A stretch of 64,000 bases of DNA from Nageia nagi (taxonomy: Eukaryota > Plantae > Pinophyta): NCBI GenBank assembly GCA_050084985.1, contig JBITNC010000001.1:197594001-197658000 (forward strand), given 5' to 3'. Under the pieces are notes generated by a model that was given only the letters and a program-made list of their open reading frames with translations, did no database searches and was not told the origin of the DNA. A program made the translations under genes and the position numbers. This document shows positions 24,328-36,900 of this stretch, piece after piece (the stretch's first letter is position 1; every line of letters starts with the position of its first letter).

Positions 24328-27164
24328 TTATGAAAATGACTATCAAACGATCATTTTTATAGCGAAAAGGATCGTATGACCACTCGTTTTCCATCTATCA
24401 GATATAATCTATCCAATGAGGGAGTTCTTAGTGTATTTGGATAGTTGTATGTCTATATATATATAAGATTAAACATGTGGGAATTTCTTACTCTCATTAT
24501 TTTTGTAACTGAAACTGAAGAGGTTGTAATTGAATGGCCATCATTAGTAAATTTATTGATCAAAAGTGGTTTGTGGATGAAATAGAAAAACAAATTAAGT
24601 GTATCCTAGCAAAAACAAGGTGATTATTTCAATAAAGTAACTAAAAAAGATGGTTGAGGATAGTTGCAACTGAGAACAATCGACTAGAATGGTTTGAGAA
24701 TAGCCAAGTAAAAGTGTGGATGATATGGAGATGATGTGCTGCTATTGAGGTGTGTAGGCAATGAGAGGTGTTTCAAAATGCAGAATGTTATTACAGAAGT
24801 GTATGCCAAGCAAGAAGGGTGGATTTGCAGAGATAACAAGATAAGGAGGATTATTAATAGTATAGTGGAAAATTTTTTGCTAAGACAAAAAAGATACTGG
24901 AAGTTCTAAATTGTTTCAAATGGCAACGCTTCATTTCTCAATAGTGTCGAGTTGGGGGAGGCTATAAAAACCGTCTTAATATATTTAACTAATGTTTTAC
25001 ATAGTTTATTAAGATGTATCAATTCTTCAACCACTAGCAATTAAGGTTTGATCTATACCATTTTCTCATATGTTGTATATGAAATTTCTTAGACTTCATG
25101 GTTAAACTTGTTATGAAGCATGTGAATTGAGATTTCCATCAAATTTCATGTTTTTCCTACTCATATTAGAACTAAAGGAATTCCTTCCATTTAAGAAAGA
25201 TATATCATTTCTTTGTTTAAAATTGAGGAATATCGAGACATTTATGCATAAAGACATGAAAAATTCATATATTACCAATAAAGGATTTTTCCTTCATTAA
25301 ACTTGAGAAAATAGTTTTGTGACCATTGGATCCCAAGTAGAACTTCTCATAGTATTATGGCACAAGCTCTAACAAGGTTGTTTGGATCAGCTTTGCTAGT
25401 GTACTTATGTAAGCTAAGTATCAATAATGTTAATAGATAATATGGGGTTATTTGTGATGAGTCCTTGAATTACTACAACCAATTGTTAGAAGTTCAATTG
25501 TGATAGAAGAAAATTTTGTAGTTGAGATTTTTATTGAAACTTTTGAGCTATTAATAGAATTATTGATATTGAGATAGTCATAGTTATGTTTGGTGGAGTT
25601 ATTAATATATTATTAAGGAAGAAAATAGATTAATTAGGAGAATAAGATATAATATGGAGGCATGAATTGTGAGGTTGCAATATTTCAAAATTAAAAGCAT
25701 TACAATGGAGTAAATTGAATTGAATGTTGCTTTTAGTTTGAGTGTCTAGGTAGAATTACGCAAAAGTATCAAGGACAAGGATGGCAAGGGACATTAAGAT
25801 GCATAATTGGGACAAGGCATGGGCACCCATACTTATAGCAAGTCAAACAAAAACATAGAAGAACATGAAGATGTAGCCAATCTAAGTTCTTTCATACAAT
25901 GAAGCACAATACATAACAAGAACTAAAACTATGAAATTAGGAGATGCTAACATTATCAATCTCCAATTTAATGAAAAATAATGAAATTCCCTAGGTAAGG
26001 ATAGGGATGGGAATGAGGACGTTAGGGACAAGGTTGATCCCTTGGGGTTGGGGCATGTATCCCCATATAAACTTAGTGTTTAGTGTCTTGATTTTGGAAG
26101 TTGAATTTGTTATATCTTAAATTCTTTAATGCTATCCATTAAAGCAAACATCAATTGAGCTTTCTTATCTTTTGATTTTTTGAAGGAGTTAACTAATTGA
26201 ACATGTTTTCATTGTACAAAAAATTTATTGCTTTGTGAAGTATTGTATCGCACAAATAATGCTTTTTATCTTTTAATCAAGCTAATTATTTCCTCTAGAT
26301 ATTTAAAGGGCATCCCCTAATATTAAGATCTCAAAGAATTAAGGATAATGTCAAGCAAAAATCATTTCCAAAATGTCTTTTAAGTTTTCAACCTCAATAG
26401 AGGACTTCAACTTGATGAAAACGTCATCGAATGCTCAAAAAAGTAGAGAGACAAAATTTATAAAATAAATCGAACACATTCAATAGTAAGCCCAAAACAT
26501 AAAAATAATTCAATAAGGAGTAAAAATGAAGGAATGAGCATCCTTACTGGTACAAAGTTGGAACAAGCTTCAATTGCTTTCTCAAAGGCAATGATTGATG
26601 AAACACCAAAATAAATGTCCTTTTAATTGTGCCCCATTTACAATAATCAAGAAAATAGGACTATTTAAACAAACAAATTTTCCTCAATCAAATATTCATG
26701 TAATAACTTCATATATATATATATATTTGTATTATGTTAAATCTCTCAACAAACTATTATTAATATATAATTTTCTAAATACACTTTTTATATTTTAAAT
26801 ATATATTCTATAATGTATTAAATGAGATTCTAATTCGAATCCCACAAAACCCAATCAAATATTCATGTAAGAACTTTTCATTCATATATATATATACATA
26901 TGCATGCATCAATTATGCTTTTTCAATGAAATCCTGAATTCAAAACACAAGCAAATGCTCTTTAACTTGTGTAATAACTCCACCTATGATAGTTATTTTT
27001 ATAATTCTGTTTCTCCATACATAGATTAGTTTTTAAGTTATTCATTTTTTTATAAAGGCCATCAGAGGATTGCTACAGTTGAAAATTGAAGGGCCTGTGG
27101 TGTCCCTATCCTTTGAAAATATTTGTTCACCAAGAGATCAGAATATCAATGGTATAATGACAAA

Positions 27165-27478
27165 TGTTACTAGAAGCCAATTTCTAGGACTAACTGCAGA
27201 TAAATGCCACTACAATTACAACAATTTATGTAAATATCATCATGGAATGTCCACAATTTTATGTGAGATATAGATAATCCACTTACTAGTCATAGCACAC
27301 AAAGAATCAGTCAAACATAGCATTCATGTCACTGGAAGCCAATTTCTAGGACTAATTGCAGATAAATGCTACTGCAATTACAACAGTTTATGCAAATATC
27401 ATCATGGAATGTCCACAATTTCATGCGAGATACAGATATCCACTCCACTTACTAGTCATAGCACACAAAGAATTAGTC
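27165..27478. repeat. ~150-bp direct duplication downstream of the helicase stop codon
   Basis: GAAGCCAATTTCTAGGACTAA..GCAGATAAATGC..CATGGAATGTCCACAATTT..CCACTTACTAGTCATAGCACACAAAGAAT at 27165-27312 and 27327-27478. Confidence 0.9.
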
Positions 27479-27888
27479 GAGTAGGACATTACAAACTATT
27501 GAGACGATTACAAATAAAAGAACAGAAGAATTTAAAACTGCTGCATCAAATTCATACATGTTCATCTCCACAAACCTCAGGCATTATCAAATTTATTGTG
27601 CTCTCCTTGTGCGGAAAATTGGTCGTAGTAAGGAGATATGGTTCGATTGTATGTTGCGTTTGAAGCAATATGCATCCTTGCACCAGTTCTTCTGTTATGC
27701 CATTTATCTACTTGTGTCTCGAGCCATACATATTAACATAGTAATGTAGAAGTAGATTCTGTCACCACTTCAAATTACCAGAAAAATGTGGTTCTTCATG
27801 ATGAGCATTTGAATAAATGCCAAATTGTTCGCACAAGGCTACAAGACAAATATACTAAGGAACACAAGATCTTGCAAATGTCTACTTA

Positions 27889-27948
27889 TTATGCAAGACC
27901 TGCATCTTTTAAGACAGTTTCGAAAGCTTCTTCATTATTCCAAGGCAC
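27889..27948 (-). CDS. LOS4: RH38 terminal coding exon
   Basis: CATGCAG|GTGCCT. Reads [19 protein letters not shown]. Confidence 0.93.
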   Translation of the reverse strand: MPWNNEEAFETVLKDAGLA

Positions 27949-30900
27949 CTGCATGGTAACAACAATAACATAGTAGATAATGAGGGAGAAATCTTCAAAA
28001 ATTGTACAACCATTTTTTAACACGTCTGCTTAATGTCTACAAAGAAATAGCAATGACACGTATTATACATTACCTCAGGCACCTGTCGCTGAAAATGCCT
28101 CTCAATCATAGACATCATTTGCTCATCTTGATCAGTAGAGAGAAAATTAAAAGCAGCTCCTGTAAAAGACAAATTTTCAAAAACCATTCATAACATTGAT
28201 ATAAAACTCATAATTTCTTTCCCTGCATTCTAAGGAAGGAGATTACACACCCTTGCGACCAAAACGCCCACTTCGACCGATACGATGCAAGTATACTTCA
28301 TAATCAGGGCCATAGGGTGCATTATGTTTTACAGGGAGATCAAAATTGACAACCAAGGTTACCTGTGTTGACATCCACATTGTGAAAAAATTAACCGTGA
28401 TTATTAAAACAAAACATGATCTTCAACTAGAAAGCCAAGCAAATTGAGACAAGCACCAAAAGCAAACCTGTGCTTGGTCAAAACCTCGTGCTAGCACATC
28501 AGTTGAAATAAGTATTTTTGTCAATCCTGATCTGAATTCCTTAATTACACGGTCCCTGTCCTCCAGCTTAAGGCCACCTTGAATAGAAGTACACTTGTAG
28601 CCCTCTGCCTCTAATTGGCTATGCAACATGCTTGCACTTGCTCTTGTCCGAACAAAGATAATCGACTGCCCAAGTTTTTCAGCCAGTGGAAAAATTCTCT
28701 CCTTCAACACCTCAACTTTAGCAGATTCATCTGGGCATTTCACACGATACTGTTTTATAACATCTAAGGATAACTCCTCCTTCTTCACAAAAACTTGATT
28801 TGCTTTTGTAATCACTCTAGTTGCAAACTGCTTCACATTTTCATCAAAAGTCGCTGAAAAGAGAAGAATCTGCATAATTGACAGCATAATTTCAATTTAA
28901 CATTAAGAGATAGTCATCATCATATGAGACCTCCAGAAAATTTATACTAACATGTATACAATACACACAAACTTTAGCAATCATGTATATACAATTTTAC
29001 TGTTAAAAAGTCACATGTATCATAATAGCTGCAACTATCAGATTCAAAAATTAAAAATGCATTATTTGTATTTTGTACTTTAAAAATTAAGCATATTACA
29101 AGATTTAAACTAAAAGTCTAATTTAATTATTTGACAATGTAAACTGACGAATAGAAGCACCAGTTTACATGAAAAGACCAAGCCAAAACGACATGTCCAA
29201 CATAGTTATCATCCAGTCGAAGTTCACTTAAAACAAAATATTGTTTTGCCTTAATTCGGATTACAAACAATTAAAATGATGAAAACATTATTAAAAAAAT
29301 GAATATAATCAGAAATCTGTTTTTCCTGAAATCTCATACATTTGTCAATATAAACATTTCACAAAGTTCACGATAAAATCATTTCTCTTTTTGTTTTCTA
29401 TTTTGATTATAAATTAAAACACGTGCATTGGACGGAGATGTGCAAAGAGAGAGAGATGGCCAGACAAAACAAACCAGTTGGACTGCCAAACAAATTTGGA
29501 CAGAACTGAAACCAATGGTGTCCACTCTCAACATATAATGGAGTATACACTAAAATACCACGCAACTGACATACAAAAATATATACATCTGATAAAAGAT
29601 TCATCCATCATGTTTGGGCCCAGCACCATTGTCAACAAACTGTATATTCTCCAAAATCCTCCATTAAGACACTCTTGGACTGCCTGTCACTCTCAAGTTC
29701 TGGCTCAGCTGAATTTCTTTTCCATTTTCAGTTAGTGTTGCAATTTAGTCAAATATGCAACATGACCATCCAAAATCAATGCTTTACTTTTTTAATTTTT
29801 TTCTTTAATCTATATATTAACAATGAAAAACAATTTTCCGTTGAAGAAATCTCCCAAAAGCAGGAACCATCTCCTATATCAGGAGATGCCATACAAGATC
29901 ATATGGCTTACCTGGATTTCAATTAATGCACTCAAAGTAGGCAAATAGAAGGTAACTTACAGGACACAGCATACATTCCACTCTTTGCAACAATAATAAT
30001 AACAGAGAGAATGACAATCAACACTTCAATTGCTGAATCAGAATATCATATACAGAAATGCAAAATCCTCAATCTTTAGTAATGCTAATCTGAGAGGATC
30101 AACTCTACCAAACAACTTTGAAAGAGCTTACTCTCAAAATATTACCAGTGGAAAACAGAAATTATTATTAATGATTGTTCATTACGCCCACTAGATCACA
30201 TAACATTTTTATTTAAATATTTCAATACTCATAGCTCTAATCTCCAGGCTCCAGGCCCGCTTATCCTAATCTGAAGGCCCAAACTAATCCAATACAAGAT
30301 AGTTTACATATTGGAGCCAAGACATGCCCTTTCCCTTCAGAAATCTTTGTCCTCAAAGCTCCAAATTTTTGGGGGATATCCATTTGTTCCCATGTGGCAT
30401 CCTCTTTTGGAAGATCCTTCCATTCAATATGAACTTTACCAACACTTCATTGTCTTAAGCTCCTCTCCCTTTCCTTCAATACTTTTCTGATTCAAGCACC
30501 ATTTTTCCTTCTTCGTCCAATTCTTGAAGCTTCATTTTTGTTTACACCTTTTGCACAAGAAACATGAAAAACATTATCTATTTTGGATGTAGGAGATAAC
30601 TCCAACTGATATACCACTCCTCCCACTCTTTGAATCCCCTTGTATGGATCATAGAATCATGGAGCCATCTTTTATTTGGCTTTTTCCTTGTGAGAGTATT
30701 TTTATATGGTTGCAATCTCCAAAAAAATGGATCTTCTACCTCAAATGGTGCTTCGTCCTATACCCATTAATTTTTACCTTTGTTCACGGAGATTGTCACC
30801 TTCTCCACCTTATAAAATCTAGGAAGAGATAGTGTCACAGATGGTGGTTTTTGACCATATAGTGCTTCAAAAGAAGACATTTTGGTAGATGAATGATAAG

Positions 30901-33900
30901 TAGTGTTGTACCACCATTCTGCTAAAGAACCACTTCACCCATTGATGTTGTTTGTCTTGTGCAAAGCATCTCATGTGTTTATTCACCACCTCTGTTTGCC
31001 CATCTGTTTAACGGTGATAAGCTGAGCTCATGTTAAGTCATGCCCCACTCAACTCAAATAATTCCTTCCAGATTACTTATGAAGATAAGGTCCATATCAC
31101 AAATTTGATCCAAGATTATCTTTGCTACCTTGCTTGCTGTAAATGGATGTTGCAATGCACAACAGTGTAAATACTTGAAAAGTCTATCCACTACCTCCAA
31201 AATGATTATCTTACCATTTGACTTAGGAAGACCTTCAATGAAGTGCATGCAGATATCTTCCCTACCTTTGTGTCGAGTCGGTCATGGGTGTAAAAACCCT
31301 CATGCCTTTGTTGTTTCCCCTTTTTAATGTTGACATATCTCACATTCTTAAACAAATATTTTGATATCTACTTTCATTCCTTGCCAATAGAAGAGTTAAA
31401 TGACAAATTGGTAGGTTTTGATAAAAACTTGAATGTCCTCCTAATGGAAAGCATTAAGTTCCTGCAAAATCTGGTTCTTGACTCGGAATGCTTAACCAAG
31501 AATACCCTATCTATCTGTGGAATTTCAACATTTCCAAATAATGGCCAACAAAGAAAATAAATTGCAATTATGGAAATAATCAATTATCACTGTTGCAGTG
31601 AATGGAATTGAAAGAACGGAATAAAAATAAGAGCACACTGAAGCAATCCTTTGACTTAACATTCTTTGGTTTGACCCTTTGACAAGTTTCACATTCTACC
31701 ACAAAGTTTATGATACCCTTCTTCATCCCTTTTTAAAAAAATTGTTTTATCCTTTGATACCTCTTTGCAAATCTTGAATGCCCTACCATGGGGGATGAGC
31801 GCAGTTCTTTGATTAACCTACTTTGCAATTCTAGATTATCCAGGAGGACTATTCTGCCCTTGTACTTCAATATTCTGTCATCCCACTCATAATCATTTTG
31901 ATCCTTATTTGAAGTTTGAATATCTTTAACGAGGATTTGGAGTCTTGTATAGTTTTTCGTTCTAATGGCATGTAATATAGGACCATCTTCTTGTTGACAA
32001 GAGAGGGCATCAATGACCACATTTTTTCCTCTTCTTATAGATAATCCCATAATCATACCCTAGTAATTTGTATACCAAGTTTTATTGCTCTGAAAATGAA
32101 ACTCTTTGCTCCAAGAAATATTTCAAAATATTGTGATTTGTATACCCTAGAAAGTAAGGTCCGCATTGTTTTATTGCTTGTAAAATGGCCATCATTTATG
32201 TTTCATATGTTATTTTACCCAAATTCTTCATTGAGAGTCCCTTGCTCATGAGTGTAATTGGTCATTCTTCTTGCATCAATGTAGCCCCAATGCCATTTCG
32301 CAAAGCATCACTTTCTATCACGAATGGTTTGGACATATATGGAGTAGCAAGTACACATGTTGTTATTGACTCCTTTAGTGCCTCAAAGGCTTTTTTTGGA
32401 ATCCCAAACCATGCAAATGAATTATTCCTCAACATTTTTGTTAATGGGGTATCAATTTTCCCATATTTACAAACAAAATATTTGTAATATCCAATGAAAC
32501 CTAAAAACCCACAAAGCCTCTCAACTCCTTAACTCCTTTCAATACAATGTGCCCTAGATACTCTAATTCAATGATTCCATATGAGCACTTTGATTGCTTG
32601 GCATACAATGTATGTCTTCTCAACAATTCCAAATGTTGCAAATGTTCTTCCCACATCTTGTTGTAGACCAAAATATCATCAAAAGACCAAAATGAACTTG
32701 CATAAGAATGGTTTAAAGATAGCATTCATGAAGCTTTGGAATGTTGATGGATAATTTGTCAATCCAAATTGCATGACTAAGAACTCACAATGTCCCTCAT
32801 GTGTTCTAAAAGTTGTTTTTGGAGTATCCTCATCCTTAATTATGAATCTTGATCTTGTGATATCCTAATCACAAGTCTTAACTTTAAAAAAACAAGCTTC
32901 GTGCAATTCATCTATGACAAGGATGGGAAATTTATCCTTAGCAGTGAGCTTATTGAGGGTTCAAAAGTCCATAGCCTCTATTTTATGGCTCGAAAATCCA
33001 CTCCTTATGAATTAACTATGGAAATTACAATTAATGGACAATGTTAGGCAAAGTCACTAACACAGTCAACCTAAATATTTCCCTTTGCCAAGATAAATCT
33101 CTTCCTACCTCGTCATCCTTTTCTATATGTTGTATTATTTGAGATGTTTAAAGATCCTACTTGATGAGCCCAAGCAGGAGTACGACATAAAATAACTAGA
33201 TTGTGGCTCCATATTTCATATGTTCTAGAAAGTGCATTTACACCAAATTTTCTTTACATTTATTGTATTCTATCTCAAAATCATAAATTAAGCATCTTGG
33301 TTACTCAAGTTTCTTTGCCTTTCTTGTATTCTATCTCAAAATCATAGCTAAGCATCTTGGTTACCCAATTTTGTTGTTCTAAACATCAATCATTATTCTA
33401 GGAAATACTTAAAGCTACTATGCTCTACTTTGATTTTGCAATGCCTTCCCATCTCGTATGGCTTCCACTTCTCCATAGCATGAAGAATTTCTATCATCTC
33501 TTTTTCATAAGTGAGCTTCCCCAAATTCTTTACAAATAGTTGTTTTTTGACAAATGCCAATTGGTGCCCCTCTTGCATCAACATTACTCTAATTCCTGTC
33601 CCTAAAGCATCACCCTCATGTGTAGCCAACATTGGTGTGAAGAATATTGCTTTCTTCAATTCTTCAAATGCTTGAGTTGCCATTTCCAACTAAGTGAATA
33701 CCCTTTTATTTTATAAACGATGTCAATGATGGTGCTATCTTTCCATGGTCCTTATAAAACTTCCTATAGGAACTTATAAGACCCAAAAATTCTCTTAGGC
33801 TTTTAGAAGTTTTTAGTAGTGGCCAAAATATGTCCCAAGTATTCCACTTTTGAGACTCCAAATGAACACTTGGACTCAATATAAACCTAATCCACATGTT

Positions 33901-36900
33901 GGACTGCTCTAAACCAGAATGTCATAAAAGAATACCAATCCAAACTCTTTTAACAATGACTTGAAAACAATTTCATAAGACTCTTTGAAAAGTAGATGGA
34001 GCATTTGTCACTCCAAAAGGCATTATCAAGAACTTATTGTGTCTTTTCTGAATTCTGAAAACAGTGTTAGGGATATCATCCTCTTTGACGCTAATTTGGT
34101 CATATCCAAATCTCAAATTCAACTTTGTAAAAACATTTGCCCCATGTACCTCATTCAACACATCCTCAATAACAGGAATATGATACTTATCTTTGATGTT
34201 AGTTCAATAGAGTGGATGAAAATCTGGATAAATCCTCCATAAATAATCTTTTTCCTTCAATATGACTGAATATAGGCATATGCTTGGTCTTACTATGCCT
34301 TGTTCCAACATTTCCTGCACCAATTTGTCAATTTACACTTTTAAGGCTGGGTAACTATAAGAATGCTCATTATGAGGTTGGCTGCCTACCATGAGGTTAA
34401 TAGCATGATCATATGTTCTCCTAAAAGGTAACCCCTTAATTCTTGGAACACTACATCACATTTTACCAAACTTTTGTCCACATCCCACTGCATGTCTTGT
34501 TCCAATTGCATACCTTCTGGCTGTCCTATTTCCGCACAGTCAATTTGAGCAAAAACACCATCATATCCCTTTTGTATTAAATTTTCCATTTGGTGACAAC
34601 CTACCACCCTACTAGGTAGGGACTTCATTCCTTGCAATCTGATTGTTTTCCCTGTTCCACCCATTGTATTGAGAAAATGCACACAACTGAACTGAGATGT
34701 TTATTGATAGATGACAATATATAGTCTGCTGGAGTTTACATAGCATGAGCTCCATGTGATGGCTTCCAAACAAAACAAAAGCTGACAAAACAATGTTATC
34801 ATGACAATACAGTTGTGGATTTATTCCACCAATCCAAACAAACTACTACAGTACAAACATACATGTTCTAGGCTATTACAACTGCAATCCACAGAGTGTA
34901 TGATGCTCAGAAAATGGACAAGAAAAACAAGAAACATGCCTAAACAGGAAACTGCCAAATTGGCTATTAACTAGGGAAGACTATAAATAAGTCCCCTTGA
35001 AGCTGAGGGGACTTACTAGGAGGTTCCTCAGCTTCAAAAACTGATCTTTGACAATGCCTTTGGTAAATATATCAGCAATATTATCCAAAGTATCAACATG
35101 GATAAGCTCAACAACCTTCTTGTCCACCATGTCTCGGGTGAAATGATACATTATATCGAAGTGCTTGGGCTTGCTATGGTGAATTGGATTTCGTGCCAAT
35201 TGGATGGCACTCTTGTTGTCACAAAACAAGATTGTTGGACCACTTTGTTTTTCACCAAGTTCCTCTAGAACCTTTCTCAACCACAATGCTTGGGCACTAG
35301 CACCTGTGATGGCAATATACTCAGCCTCGGTTGATTAAAGAGCCACTGTGCTTTGTTTCCTGTAGCTCCATGTGATCATACTTGTCTCAAGACTGAAACA
35401 TTGGTCGGATGTACTCTTCCTATCATCAATGTTGCTCCCCCAATTAGAATCACTATAGCCATGTAGTTTGACATCTCCATGTTTGAGGTAGTGGATGCCA
35501 AAATCAGTGGTGCCATGTACATATCTTAGAATTCTCTTGGCTGCCTTGAAGTGATTCTCTAATGGATCACTCATGTATCTTGACACAAGTGAAGTAGCAT
35601 ATGCAATATTAGGCCTTGTGTTTGTGAGAAACATGAGACTTCCTACAAGACTTCTATAAGTGGTCACATCAACTTTCACTCCCCCATCATCCTTACAAAG
35701 AAGCTCACCATGAGTAATTGGAGTGGGTAGTGATTTACAATTTTCCATGCCAAATTTCAACCACATATCTTTGGCATATTTACATTGGCAAATGAAAATA
35801 GCTTTGTCACTTTGATACACTTCCAATCCTAGGAAATAATGCATCAAGCCAAGGTCTTTCATTTCAAATTCATTCATCATTTGCCTTTTAAATTCTTCAT
35901 TCATTTGTGAGGAACTACCCATATAGATGAGATCATAAGCATACAAGAAGAATATCATTACCTTTCTTCATGATGTAGAGGGTCACTCTTGCTCCTTTGG
36001 AATCCGTATTGGTGAAAGTAGCCATCTATCCTTGAATAACATGCCCTTGGTGCTTGTTTTAGGCCATACAATGCCTTCTTCAATTTGTAGACTATATGCT
36101 CTTTCCCTTGAATCACAAAGCCTTGTGGTTGTTTCACATAGACTTCCTCTTGCAAGTAGCCATTCAAAATGCACTTTTCACATCTATGTGCATCACTTTC
36201 CACCCTTTATGGGCAGCCAAAGAAAGGACCAACCTGATTGTCTCTTGCCTTGCTACCGGTGCAAAAGTTTCTTCATAATCAATTCCATACTTTTGTTTGA
36301 ACCCTTTTGCAACAAGCCTTGCTTTGTGCCTCTCAATGGTTCTATCATTGTTATATTTGGTCTTATAGACCCATTTACATCCAATACATTTATTATCTTT
36401 TGGGAGTTCCACAAGCTCCACAAGCTCCCATGTATCATTCTTCTTATGGAGTTTATTTCATCCTCCATTGCCTTCAACCACAAATGGTTAGTACATGCAT
36501 CTTCATAACAAGATGGCTCAACATCAATATTAGCCATAAGAGCATAATTTACAATATCTCCTTTAGGTTCATTATTTTCATCACCATACCTATGTAGATT
36601 TTCAAGTCTTTTGACAACTTCATCTATATCCTTTGCTTGAGATCTTGTTGTTCTTCTTTGGAAATTTGCATCCAATATTTGAGATATTGGATGATTTTGG
36701 AGTGTTTTGTCCAATTTCTTGAAGTTCTCTTTTGCTCGACTTAAGCTTTGTTTTGCTCTACTTAATGAATCTTTACTACTTGAAGAACTTGAAGGATTTG
36801 TAGAACTTGGAGTAGTACTTGGAGAACTTACTTGATCATACTTGAGCTGAACTTTTGGAGAATCTTGTTGGCTGGGCTGAACATGTGCATTGTTGGATTG

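Noticed and set aside
25761-26078. GGGACA-rich hAT-MITE-like segment
   Set aside because: Subterminal motifs are suggestive, but there is no convincing TIR pair or 8-bp TSD.
29400-29965. Cryptic or poison exon in the large RH38 intron (GTAAGT donor-like site near 29955-29961)
   Set aside because: No conserved frame or clear acceptor. Needs transcript data.
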